34,925 nt of DNA from an uncultured Bacillota bacterium (lineage in GTDB: Bacteria > Bacillota_I > Bacilli_A > ML615J-28 > CAG-313). A program made the translations under genes and the position numbers. Position 1 is the first letter of the stretch, and each line of letters opens with the position of its first letter. Positions 23,572 to 32,402 of this stretch are shown here, one piece after another. The DNA is taken from the NCBI GenBank assembly GCA_900317575.1, contig ONHH01000107.1, forward strand, positions 1-34,925, written 5' to 3'. Under the pieces are notes generated by a model. The model made no database searches. It had not been told where the DNA came from and was given only the letters and a program-made list of their open reading frames with translations.

Positions 23572-24804
23572 ATGACATTATTTGAAGAATTAGAATATCG
23601 AGGATTAGTATATAATACTACAGATGAAGAAGTAATAAAAAGAATTAATAAAGGTGGAGAAAAATTCTATTTAGGAACTGATCCTACTGGTGATAGTTTA
23701 CATGTAGGACATTTACTTGTCTTTATTTTAGCAAAAAGATTAGAAAAAGCTGGTCATCATCCAATTTTATTAATCGGTGGAGGAACTGGTTTTATTGGCG
23801 ACCCTAAACCAACTGCAGAAAGAAAGATGTTAACAAAAGAACAAATTAATCATAATGCAGAATGCTTATATAAACAAGTAAAGAATCTATTTAATTGTGA
23901 AATGGTTAATAATTATGATTGGTTATCAAGCCTTGATCTAATTAGCTTTTTACGTGATTATGGTAAATTATTCAATGTTAATTATATGATTAATAAAGAA
24001 ACAGTTAAATCAAGATTAGATACTGGTATTTCTTATACTGAATTTACATATCAAATTCTTCAAGCAGTAGATTTCTATCATCTATTTAAAGATAAGGGTG
24101 TAACCCTTCAAATTGGTGGACAAGATCAATGGGGTAATATCACTAGTGGTCTTGAATTAATTAGAAAATTAGAAGGTAATGATGTCTTTGCGGGGGGACT
24201 TACTTGTCCATTATTTATGAAGAGTGATGGAACTAAATTTGGTAAATCAGAATCAGGTACTGTATGGCTTGATAAAGATAAAACAAGTCCTTATACTTTC
24301 TATCAATTCTGGTTAAATACTCCAGATGCTGATGTTATTAAAGAATTAAAACAATTTACTTTCTTAACTAAAGAAGAAATTGAAAAATTAGAAATTAGTT
24401 TTAATGAAGCACCTCATCTAAGAGAAGCCCAAAAAGCTCTAGCTAGAGAAATGACAGTAATGATTCATGGTGAAGAAGCATATAAAGAAGCATTAAAAGT
24501 ATCTGCATCTTTATTTAGTGGTAATATTCAAGAACTATCAATCGATGAAATTAAAATGGGATTTGAAGGAGTACCATCTATCGAAGTAAATGAAGATTTA
24601 GGCTTAATTAATTTATTAACTCTAGTTGGCGCAAGTAAATCTAACCGTGAAGCCCGTGATTTCATTAATGGCGGTGGAGTAATGGTTAATGGAAGTCAAG
24701 TAAAAGATATGAATTTTGTCGTTAAAAAAGAGGACGCAATCAATCAAGAAATAACAATTATTCGAAGAGGCAAGAAGAATTATTATGTCATTAAACATCA
24801 ATAA
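23572..24804 (+). CDS. tyrS: tyrosine--tRNA ligase
   Basis: 410 aa. HIGH-type HVGHL, KMSKS-type KFGKS, GGQDQWGNI, and a C-terminal S4-like domain. SD AGGAGG. Confidence 0.95.
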   Translation: MTLFEELEYRGLVYNTTDEEVIKRINKGGEKFYLGTDPTGDSLHVGHLLVFILAKRLEKAGHHPILLIGGGTGFIGDPKPTAERKMLTKEQINHNAECLYKQVKNLFNCEMVNNYDWLSSLDLISFLRDYGKLFNVNYMINKETVKSRLDTGISYTEFTYQILQAVDFYHLFKDKGVTLQIGGQDQWGNITSGLELIRKLEGNDVFAGGLTCPLFMKSDGTKFGKSESGTVWLDKDKTSPYTFYQFWLNTPDADVIKELKQFTFLTKEEIEKLEISFNEAPHLREAQKALAREMTVMIHGEEAYKEALKVSASLFSGNIQELSIDEIKMGFEGVPSIEVNEDLGLINLLTLVGASKSNREARDFINGGGVMVNGSQVKDMNFVVKKEDAINQEITIIRRGKKNYYVIKHQ

Positions 24805-25876
24805 AAATAATATTAATTCTGAAATTGAAAAAATCTTAAATGAAGCGATTGATGATGGAGCATTTCCTGGTGCTACTTACGCATTCATCACTAAAGATCA
24901 TGTTTATAGTGGTGTAGTAGGAAATAGGGAATTATTTCCTAAAATTATTAAAAATGATATTAATACTATTTATGATATGGCATCATTAACTAAAGTTGTT
25001 GCGACGACAACATCGGTGATGCAGCTTCTAGAAGATGGAAAGATTCGTTTATTCGATCCTGTTCAATATTATCTTCCACGCTTTAAATATCCCAAAATTA
25101 CTTTATGGCATCTTTTAGTTCATACATCCGGACTTCCTGAAGGAATTGGTGGACCAAAGGATGAATTAAGTGAAGAAGATGTTTGGAATAAGATTTATGA
25201 AACCGAACAAAGATTTAATGAAGGCAGTAAAATTATGTATTCAGATATTAATTTTATTCTTCTAGGTAAGATTGTTGAACTAGTCAGTGGTGAAAAATTA
25301 AATGATTATGTTGTAAATCATATCTTTAAGCCTTTAAAGATGTTTGATACTTCTTATTTACCAAAAGATAAGGAAAGATGTGCTGCTACTGAATTAAGAA
25401 ACGATAAGAGCTATAATGGTTATGTTAAAGGTTTTGTTCATGATGAAACTAGCTTTGCGTTAGGAGGAGTAGCCGGTCATGCTGGCTTATTCTCAACAGC
25501 TTTGGATGTTTCTCGTTTTATTAAGATGATTCTTAATGAAGGAGAATTGGATAATGAAAGAATCTTAAGTAAAGAAACAGTAAGAATGCTATATAAGACA
25601 CAAATTGCTGAATTTGATTCTATCGGTAATATTCCAGTACGTGCTCGTAAACTTGGATGGCAAGCTCATGAAACTTATTCTAATGCTGGTGATTATATCA
25701 GTGATGAATCTATTATGCATACTGGATTTACTGGAACTAATATATGGATTGATAAGAAACGTAATCTAGGCTTTGTATTATTAACTAATAGAGTTCATCC
25801 AACTAGAAATAATACTAAGCATATGCGTGTGCGCGCAAGACTTGCAAATATGATTCTTGCTAATTGGAGTGAATAA
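24785..25876 (+). CDS. beta-lactamase-fold serine hydrolase (AmiE/YbbE- or PBP4B-like)
   Basis: 363 aa. SxxK = SLTK (Ser67, 24983-24985), YSD(I)N, VHDETSFALGGVAGHAGLFST, HTGFTGTNIWID...VLLTNRVHP. 20-nt overlap with the tyrS 3' end. Confidence 0.8.
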   Translation: MSLNINKNNINSEIEKILNEAIDDGAFPGATYAFITKDHVYSGVVGNRELFPKIIKNDINTIYDMASLTKVVATTTSVMQLLEDGKIRLFDPVQYYLPRFKYPKITLWHLLVHTSGLPEGIGGPKDELSEEDVWNKIYETEQRFNEGSKIMYSDINFILLGKIVELVSGEKLNDYVVNHIFKPLKMFDTSYLPKDKERCAATELRNDKSYNGYVKGFVHDETSFALGGVAGHAGLFSTALDVSRFIKMILNEGELDNERILSKETVRMLYKTQIAEFDSIGNIPVRARKLGWQAHETYSNAGDYISDESIMHTGFTGTNIWIDKKRNLGFVLLTNRVHPTRNNTKHMRVRARLANMILANWSE

Positions 25877-26856
25877 TGGATATCATTAAATTTAAAGATT
25901 CTAAATATCAAATTAAAGATCTATTTAATTTATATAATCAAGTAGTAAAAGAAGATCATATTTATGAAGAAGTAGATTATGAATTCTTCTTAAATAATAC
26001 AATTAATCATCCTGAATATGATGAAGAAGGAATTTTCCTTTGTATAATTGATAACATGCTTGTTGCCTTTATCATGTCACATATTCGTCATATTGAAGAA
26101 GGTGTTAATTATCCTGGATATATATCAACAATTATTGTAGATAAGATGTATCGAAATAGAGGAATAGGCTCAGCATTAATTGATAGAGCTTGTTCATATC
26201 TTAAAGAAAGAGGCAAGAAGAAAGTAGTATTTGGCTATATTTCAACGCTTAATTGGCCATGGATTATTCCTAACACCACAGCTGATCATAATGGTGCTCC
26301 AGGGATTATGGTTAATAGTGATTTCTATCTATATCTTTTACATCATTCATTTCATATCATTGATGAAGAAGATGCTTTTTATCTACCTTTAGATAGTTTT
26401 GAGAGAAAAGAAAGAGTAACTAATGATTTAAAAGAATTAGCTAAAGAAAATATTCATATTGAATTATATAATAATAAAATTCATTATGGATTAGAAGAAT
26501 TCTTTGCAGCAATTAATAGTGAACCCTTTGAAAGAGTAATTAGATACAACTTATCATTAAAAGAACCTAAACCTTTTGCGGTAGTGGTAAAGGATAACAG
26601 AATCGTTGGTTGGACTGGTGCTTTCTATACAGAAAAGAGTGGTCGTGCTCATTTTGATGGAATCATTATCTCTCCTGAAGTAAGAGGTAAAGGAATAGGT
26701 AGAGCATTATTTAGTTATTTAGCTGAGTATTCCAAAAAGAATGGATCAAAATTCTTAACTTTCTTTACTGGTAGAACTAATTTCGCAAGAAATATTTATA
26801 TGTTCTTAGGATTTAAGATTGTTAGAAGCTTTGCATTAATGGAAAAAGATATCTAA
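25876..26856 (+). CDS. tandem-GNAT N-acetyltransferase
   Basis: 326 aa. Two acetyl-CoA motif-A segments: IVDKMYRNRGIGSALIDRA and ISPEVRGKGIGRALFSYL. The ATG overlaps the preceding stop (TAATG). Confidence 0.75.
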   Translation: MDIIKFKDSKYQIKDLFNLYNQVVKEDHIYEEVDYEFFLNNTINHPEYDEEGIFLCIIDNMLVAFIMSHIRHIEEGVNYPGYISTIIVDKMYRNRGIGSALIDRACSYLKERGKKKVVFGYISTLNWPWIIPNTTADHNGAPGIMVNSDFYLYLLHHSFHIIDEEDAFYLPLDSFERKERVTNDLKELAKENIHIELYNNKIHYGLEEFFAAINSEPFERVIRYNLSLKEPKPFAVVVKDNRIVGWTGAFYTEKSGRAHFDGIIISPEVRGKGIGRALFSYLAEYSKKNGSKFLTFFTGRTNFARNIYMFLGFKIVRSFALMEKDI

Positions 26857-26864
26857 AAAAGAAT

Positions 26865-26902
26865 AAAACTTAATATCATTATAATTGGTATTAAGTTTTT
26901 TT
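26865..26902 (+). terminator. rho-independent terminator ending the tyrS transcription unit
   Basis: AAAACTTAATA (26865-26875) / TATTAAGTTTT (26889-26899) with a 13-nt loop, followed by a T-run. Confidence 0.6.
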
Positions 26903-26904
26903 AA

Positions 26905-26933
26905 TTGATAATTGTTTTATGAAATGGTAAAAT
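26905..26933 (+). promoter_or_regulatory. promoter of the 26976 gene
   Basis: TTGATA (26905-26910), 17-nt spacer, TGgTAAAAT (26925-26933). Confidence 0.5.
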
Positions 26934-26975
26934 AAATAAAATTATGTAATAGGAAATAATGGTATTAAATTGAAT

Positions 26976-27791
26976 ATGAAGAAGTCACTAATCACTTTTA
27001 TCACACTTTTATCAGTATTATTATATTTGAATATTAATTTTACTAATATATGTAGTAGTAATTCAAGCGAAACTAGAAATATAAATGCTGATTATAAAAT
27101 CTATGGAGATTTATTATATAAGGAGATTCCAATAAGTCAATTACATAAAAATGGATGTACTATAAATTTACTAAGTGAAGAAGTATTTATTAGAATTGTG
27201 GGATTGAGTGAAGAAGGGAAAAATAAAGAAATTATCATTATTCCTCAGTATATTAATGGGATAGAAGTTAAGGAAATAGGAGAGATTAGTAAGAGTATAG
27301 AAATATACTGGGAATCTGAAAAATTGAGAAGAGTATATATGGATTTTGCACCAAAATCTTTCTATAATGTTTTTAAGCAAATTAAATGTATATTATGTGT
27401 GAATGAAATACCTAATGATTGTATAATTAATCAGCATATATATATATCCAGTTATAACCATGTAAATGGAGATATATATAATAATGTCGAAAGAGATTAT
27501 AGAGGACAAAGCAATTATTGTTACTATGCTAATGTTTCATATTTTTATAATTATGATGATGCTCCAGAAAATGGATATTATTTTATTGATGATTATGAAT
27601 ATGGGACCAAAATAAATTATATACCACCTAATCCTACAAGAGAGGGGTTTTTATTTGAAGGGTGGTATAAAGAGAAAGAATGTGTTAATAAATGGAATTT
27701 TGATTCTGATACATTACCTATAAGAGAATATGTAGATTCAAAAGTGAAATATCAAGAAACCAGACTATTTGCAAAATGGATTAAAGAATAA
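26976..27791 (+). CDS. secreted/surface protein with a BspA-type LRR segment and a C-terminal Flg_new repeat
   Basis: Signal peptide MKKSLITFITLLSVLLYL. IIIIPQYINGIEVKEIGE is LRR_5-like. PPNPTREGFLFEGWYKEKE...ETRLFAKW is a clear Flg_new repeat. The SD is weak, and the start could instead be TTG 26970. Confidence 0.7.
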   Translation: MKKSLITFITLLSVLLYLNINFTNICSSNSSETRNINADYKIYGDLLYKEIPISQLHKNGCTINLLSEEVFIRIVGLSEEGKNKEIIIIPQYINGIEVKEIGEISKSIEIYWESEKLRRVYMDFAPKSFYNVFKQIKCILCVNEIPNDCIINQHIYISSYNHVNGDIYNNVERDYRGQSNYCYYANVSYFYNYDDAPENGYYFIDDYEYGTKINYIPPNPTREGFLFEGWYKEKECVNKWNFDSDTLPIREYVDSKVKYQETRLFAKWIKE

Positions 27792-27798
27792 TACTTTT

Positions 27799-27831
27799 CT
27801 ACAACACTTTTTTAAGTGTTGTAGTTTTTTT
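27799..27831 (+). terminator. rho-independent terminator
   Basis: CTACAACACTT (27799-27809) / AAGTGTTGTAG (27814-27824) plus T7. Confidence 0.85.
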
Positions 27832-27865
27832 ATAGATTTATTTAATAGTAAATAATCCTTAAATG

Positions 27866-27874
27866 TGTTATAAT
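27866..27874 (+). promoter_or_regulatory. extended -10 of the dipeptidase/GHL10 operon
   Basis: TGtTATAAT, 20 nt upstream of the ATG at 27895, with AGAGG as SD. The -35 is weak. Confidence 0.5.
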
Positions 27875-27894
27875 TAAAAAAAGAGGTATTAATA

Positions 27895-28779
27895 ATGAAA
27901 ACATATGATGCGCATGTTGATGTATTTAGTAATCTATATGAAAGAACTATAAAAGGAGAAACAGAAGTCTTTAAAAAATATCACCTTGATAATATGAAAA
28001 AAGGAGAAATTGCTGGTGGTATATGGGTAGTCTATAGTGAATATGATTTTGATGTCTATGAAGCCTATAAGATTGCGTTAAAAGATTTTGAACCATATAA
28101 GAATGAATTTGATGTAACTTTAGGACTAGAAGGCTTAAGAAATGTTCATAATCTTGATGAATTAAAGAAGATGCATGATTTAGGTATTAGACATGCTATG
28201 CTAACTTGGAATGAAGAAAATCATCTATCAACTGGTGTAGCTGGTCCTAGTGATCATGGATTAAAAGAAGAAGGGAAAAAATTCCTTCGCTTTATGGAAG
28301 ATAATAATTGGATTGTTGATGTCAGTCATGCAAATATAAAAAGCTTCTATGATATCTTAGATTATGTATCTAAACCGGTTATCGCAAGCCATTCATGCTG
28401 CTACAGCTTATCTGATCATCGTCGTAATTTAAATGATGATCAATTAGCACTCTTAAAAAAGACTAGTGGTTATGTAGGTGTTAATAGTGCTCGTAATTTT
28501 GTTAGTAAAGATAAAGATCATCAAAATATTCAAGGACTAGTTGATCATATTGAATATTTAGTTGATAAATTAGATATTGATCATGTCATGTTTGGTTTAG
28601 ATATGATGGATTTCTTAGATGATTTTGGTAAGAAACCTAATCTTGATGATTTAGTAACTCATGCGGATACTCAAGGAATTATTAAAGAAATGTCAAGAAG
28701 AGGTTTTAATGAAGGAGACATTAGAAAGGTTGCAATGCTAAACTTTTTAGATATGCGTAAAAAACTAATAGGTAAATAA
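27895..28779 (+). CDS. M19-family (renal-type) dipeptidase
   Basis: 294 aa. DAHVDV at the N-terminus, LTWNEENHLSTG, IVDVSHAN, ASHSCCYSLSDHRRNLNDDQL. These are typical M19 metal-ligand blocks. Confidence 0.85.
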   Translation: MKTYDAHVDVFSNLYERTIKGETEVFKKYHLDNMKKGEIAGGIWVVYSEYDFDVYEAYKIALKDFEPYKNEFDVTLGLEGLRNVHNLDELKKMHDLGIRHAMLTWNEENHLSTGVAGPSDHGLKEEGKKFLRFMEDNNWIVDVSHANIKSFYDILDYVSKPVIASHSCCYSLSDHRRNLNDDQLALLKKTSGYVGVNSARNFVSKDKDHQNIQGLVDHIEYLVDKLDIDHVMFGLDMMDFLDDFGKKPNLDDLVTHADTQGIIKEMSRRGFNEGDIRKVAMLNFLDMRKKLIGK

Positions 28780-28780
28780 A

Positions 28781-30997
28781 ATGAAAATCTGTAAAATAAG
28801 TATTTCTTTAATTCTAATTTCCCTTATGGTTATTTTACTTGGCTCTTGGACAGCACCAACAGTTAAACCATATGTAAAAGAAGAAATAGAATTTAGAAGT
28901 GTTTGGGTTTGTACAGTTTCGAACATGGATGTTGATATGCAAATGGGAACTAGTGAAGATGCTATCAATAATTGGAAAAAACAATATTTAGAAATTTTAG
29001 AAACTTCTAAAGCGAAATCTTGTAATGCTATAATCTTCCAAGTAAGACCTAATAATGATGCTTTCTATCCATCTAAATATAATCCTTGGAGTGAATATTT
29101 AGCTGGATATGGTGTAGATCCAGGATGGGATCCTCTTGAATGGATGATTGAAGTAACTCATGCAGCTGGTTTAGAATATCATGCATGGCTTAATCCATAT
29201 CGTACTAGCACAATGACTTTATCTTATACTCCATATGGTTATGATTCAGCTACTAAATCTAATTACTGGTGTGATAATGATGAAGCTGAAGCTTATAATT
29301 ATAAACAAGATTTCTTTACTGGACTTGCAAATACTTTAAAACATCAAAATAATATTGTTGATAATCCAGTAATGGATACTGGAAATGTCTTAGATGAAGA
29401 AATCGTATTTGGAGCTGAAGGTAAATTTGTTCTTAATCCAGCTAATCCAAGAACTATTCAACATTTAAATAATACTATTGATGAATTAGTTACTAATTAT
29501 GATATTGATGGTATTCATTTTGATGATTATTTCTATCCTGATGATAAAAACTATCGTGGTAATAATAACAATTATAAAGGAATAACTTTCTCTACTGAAC
29601 CTAAATATGATTATCAAGATTATATGGCATATAAAGGTAATGGTGGAACATTATCAATCTATGATTGGCGTAGAGAAAATGTTAATAATTTAATTCATTC
29701 CTTAAGTCAAATAATTCGTGCTCATAATGAGACGTCTAAGGTTAAATGTGCATTTGGTATTAGTCCAGCCGCAAGATGGGCTCCATCTATTGAAACTTGT
29801 CCTGCAGGTTCTCCAAGAGCAGCTGAAGGCGGTGAAGATTCCGGCTGTAATAATTATTATTCTTATTCAGATTTATATGCTGATACTCGTAAATGGGTAA
29901 AAGAAAATTGGATTGATTATATCTTACCACAAGCATATACATATCTTGGAACTAGTTCTAATGGTACTCCGACAGGAACATATAGTAGTATTGTTAGCTG
30001 GTGGAGTAAAGAAATAGTAGGAACTAAATGTCGTTTATATATTGGTACACCAGCTTATCAAATAGCTACATGGAGATCTGGTAAATTATGTGAATTGACT
30101 GAATTGTTTTATCAAATCCGTTATTGTCAATCAATGAATTTCAATGTTGATGGCTTTGTAATGTTTAGATATAAATCTATTATTAGTGGTGATGGTGAAA
30201 AGGCTATGAATACAGTCATTAAAAATCTATGGCCAATGGCAGCTTTAACACCAATTTATGAATCATATTCATATCCTAAAGTAACTTCCTCAGCATCCAT
30301 TACTAAGATTGATCGTAATGATGAAAATAATTATTCAGTATATTATGAAGGTGTTGATAACGCTAAAGCCTATGGTATTGTTGATGAAGATGGTACGGCT
30401 GTAGCAAGAGTATTAGGTAAAGATTATGTGATGAATTTTAATGCTCAAAGCGGTAAGAAATATTATTTAATCACATATAGCCCTGATAATACAATCTTTG
30501 AAGAAAGAAAAGAAATTGATCTATCGATTGCAAAAGACAATGAAGCCCCAGTCATCACCATGAATGATGTAGAAAAAGAATATTTAACATCCGAATCGGT
30601 AACTTTTACTGCTCAAGTTACAGATGACCGTGATGCAGAATTAACTTATCAAGTATATCAATATTATGATGACGCAAGCTATTTATATAAAGAAGGAATT
30701 GTTGAAGGAAATAGTATTGAATTCACTTATAAGATGGATCAATATCCAACAGAGAATATCGCATTTGAAGTAGTAGTTAGTGATGGAAAAAATGAATCAA
30801 GATTTAAAACATCTTATTTCAATGTTGTATCAAAGAAAACTGATCCAACTCCTACTCCCCCAACACCAGTAGATCCAGTTGATCCAACACCAGTTCCTAC
30901 GGAACCTAAGAAAAAATGTGGTAAGAAGAGTATGATATTTGTTGAATTATTATCAATGATTAGTTTAATGGGAATAATCATTAGGAGGAAGAAATAA
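28781..30997 (+). CDS. extracellular GHL10-family (YngK/YddW-DigH-like, PF02638-type) glycoside hydrolase with a Pro/Thr stalk and C-terminal membrane anchor
   Basis: 738 aa. N-terminal signal/anchor. FRSVWV...IIFQVRPNNDAFYPSKYNPWSEYLAG, HAWLNPYR, DGIHFDDYFYP, WIDYILPQAY. C-terminal region TDPTPTPPTPVDPVDPTPVPTEP-KKKCGKK-hydrophobic-RRKK (30839-30994). Confidence 0.8.
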   Translation: MKICKISISLILISLMVILLGSWTAPTVKPYVKEEIEFRSVWVCTVSNMDVDMQMGTSEDAINNWKKQYLEILETSKAKSCNAIIFQVRPNNDAFYPSKYNPWSEYLAGYGVDPGWDPLEWMIEVTHAAGLEYHAWLNPYRTSTMTLSYTPYGYDSATKSNYWCDNDEAEAYNYKQDFFTGLANTLKHQNNIVDNPVMDTGNVLDEEIVFGAEGKFVLNPANPRTIQHLNNTIDELVTNYDIDGIHFDDYFYPDDKNYRGNNNNYKGITFSTEPKYDYQDYMAYKGNGGTLSIYDWRRENVNNLIHSLSQIIRAHNETSKVKCAFGISPAARWAPSIETCPAGSPRAAEGGEDSGCNNYYSYSDLYADTRKWVKENWIDYILPQAYTYLGTSSNGTPTGTYSSIVSWWSKEIVGTKCRLYIGTPAYQIATWRSGKLCELTELFYQIRYCQSMNFNVDGFVMFRYKSIISGDGEKAMNTVIKNLWPMAALTPIYESYSYPKVTSSASITKIDRNDENNYSVYYEGVDNAKAYGIVDEDGTAVARVLGKDYVMNFNAQSGKKYYLITYSPDNTIFEERKEIDLSIAKDNEAPVITMNDVEKEYLTSESVTFTAQVTDDRDAELTYQVYQYYDDASYLYKEGIVEGNSIEFTYKMDQYPTENIAFEVVVSDGKNESRFKTSYFNVVSKKTDPTPTPPTPVDPVDPTPVPTEPKKKCGKKSMIFVELLSMISLMGIIIRRKK

Positions 30998-32259
30998 TGA
31001 AATTAAAGAAATATGCAGTTGAATATGTTAAATATCGTCATAATGGCGAAATGATTGATCTACCTCGTTATAAATTTAAAGAAGATGATGTTAGAGGTGT
31101 ATGGATTAGTAATGTAGCTAATATTGATACACCATGTGGTGTAACTGAAGAAGAATACAAAAAACATTTAATTGGTATTCTAGACAATATGAAAAGCTAT
31201 AATATGAATACTGCTATCTTCCAAGTACGTCCTACTAATGATAGCTATTATCCATCAAAACTCAATCCATGGAGCCGTTTTATTACTGGCGTTGAAGATA
31301 AAGATCCTGGATTTGATGTTTTAAAATTCTTTATTGATGAAGCAAAGAAACGTAATATTAAGGTTCATGCATGGATGAATCCATATCGTGTTCATGGAAC
31401 TGATATTACTACTTTAGGACTTACTAAAGATCAATTCTTAGATACTTTATCAGAAAAGAACTGGGCAAGAAGAAATAAAGAACATACAATTTTAGATGGA
31501 ACTAACAAAGTAATATTATCTCCATCTCATCCTGAAGTAATCAAATTCGTTACTGATTCTATTATGGAAGTAGCCGAAAATTATGATGTTGAAGGAGTTC
31601 ACATTGATGATTATTTCTACCCATATGCAAAGATTAAAGAAGAAGATGAAATGGCAGATTATCTAAAATACCGTACTTCTCCTGAACAATCATTTGCGGA
31701 TTTTAGAAGAATGAATGTTGACAAAATGATTGAAAATGTTCATAATGAATTGAAAAAATTGCTTAGCAAAAAAAATAAAAAAGTCCTCTTTGGTATTAGC
31801 CCTTTTGCGATATACAGAACCCACTCATCAATAGTTGAAGGTGGATGGGATAAAGGAAGTTATAATTCAGCTGGTGCTTTACAATGCTATTCTGAATTAT
31901 ATTCTGATGTATACAAATGGATGAAAGAAGGATGGATTGATTATGTCGTTCCTCAAAATTATTTCTCCTTTGATCGTAAAGATGTAAGCTATCATGATAT
32001 TACATGGTGGTGGTCAGAAAGATGTAAAGAAACAGGAACCATTCTTTATATCGGACAAGGCCTATATCAATGTGGTGCAAAAGAAGGATTTGCTGCTCCT
32101 TATTGGCAAAATCCAAAAGAAATGAGCAACCAACTTCGTTTTAATTGTAATTTTGATAATGTTAAAGGAACTATCTTCTTCACTTATAAAGATTTAGTAC
32201 CAGGAAAGAATAAAATAAAAGATCAAAATTTACAAGACATTAAAAAATTATGGAATTAA
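30997..32259 (+). CDS. cytoplasmic GHL10-family glycoside hydrolase paralog
   Basis: 420 aa with no signal peptide. VRGVWI...AIFQVRPTNDSYYPSKLNPWSRFITG, HAWMNPYR, EGVHIDDYFYP, WIDYVVPQNY. The ATG overlaps the preceding stop (TAATG). Confidence 0.8.
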   Translation: MKLKKYAVEYVKYRHNGEMIDLPRYKFKEDDVRGVWISNVANIDTPCGVTEEEYKKHLIGILDNMKSYNMNTAIFQVRPTNDSYYPSKLNPWSRFITGVEDKDPGFDVLKFFIDEAKKRNIKVHAWMNPYRVHGTDITTLGLTKDQFLDTLSEKNWARRNKEHTILDGTNKVILSPSHPEVIKFVTDSIMEVAENYDVEGVHIDDYFYPYAKIKEEDEMADYLKYRTSPEQSFADFRRMNVDKMIENVHNELKKLLSKKNKKVLFGISPFAIYRTHSSIVEGGWDKGSYNSAGALQCYSELYSDVYKWMKEGWIDYVVPQNYFSFDRKDVSYHDITWWWSERCKETGTILYIGQGLYQCGAKEGFAAPYWQNPKEMSNQLRFNCNFDNVKGTIFFTYKDLVPGKNKIKDQNLQDIKKLWN

Positions 32260-32265
32260 TAAATG

Positions 32266-32299
32266 CCCTCTAATAGATTGCTATTAGAGGACTTTTTTT
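32266..32299 (+). terminator. rho-independent terminator
   Basis: CCTCTAATAG (32267-32276) / CTATTAGAGG (32281-32290), then T7. Confidence 0.85.
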
Positions 32300-32314
32300 A
32301 ATAATATATTTTTA

Positions 32315-32343
32315 TTGAAAAAAAATCTTATTTTTGGTATAAT
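32315..32343 (+). promoter_or_regulatory. promoter of the GH20 gene
   Basis: TTGAAA (32315-32320), 17-nt spacer, TGgTATAAT (32335-32343). Confidence 0.6.
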
Positions 32344-32402
32344 GATATAAAATAGGGTACTTTTTGAAAAATTGCAAAAATAAAAAAATTTCGAGGTAAA
32401 TT

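Noticed and set aside
30839-30905. Pro/Thr-coding segment as a DNA tandem repeat or phase-variation tract
   Set aside because: The codons vary (CCA/CCT/CCC, ACT/ACA/ACG) and there is no perfect nucleotide repeat or homopolymer. It is a peptide-level linker, not a slippage-prone tract.
32361-32380. AT-rich inverted repeat TTTTTG-N8-CAAAAA in the GH20 leader
   Set aside because: It has only 6-bp arms made almost entirely of A/T. That is expected by chance in this composition.
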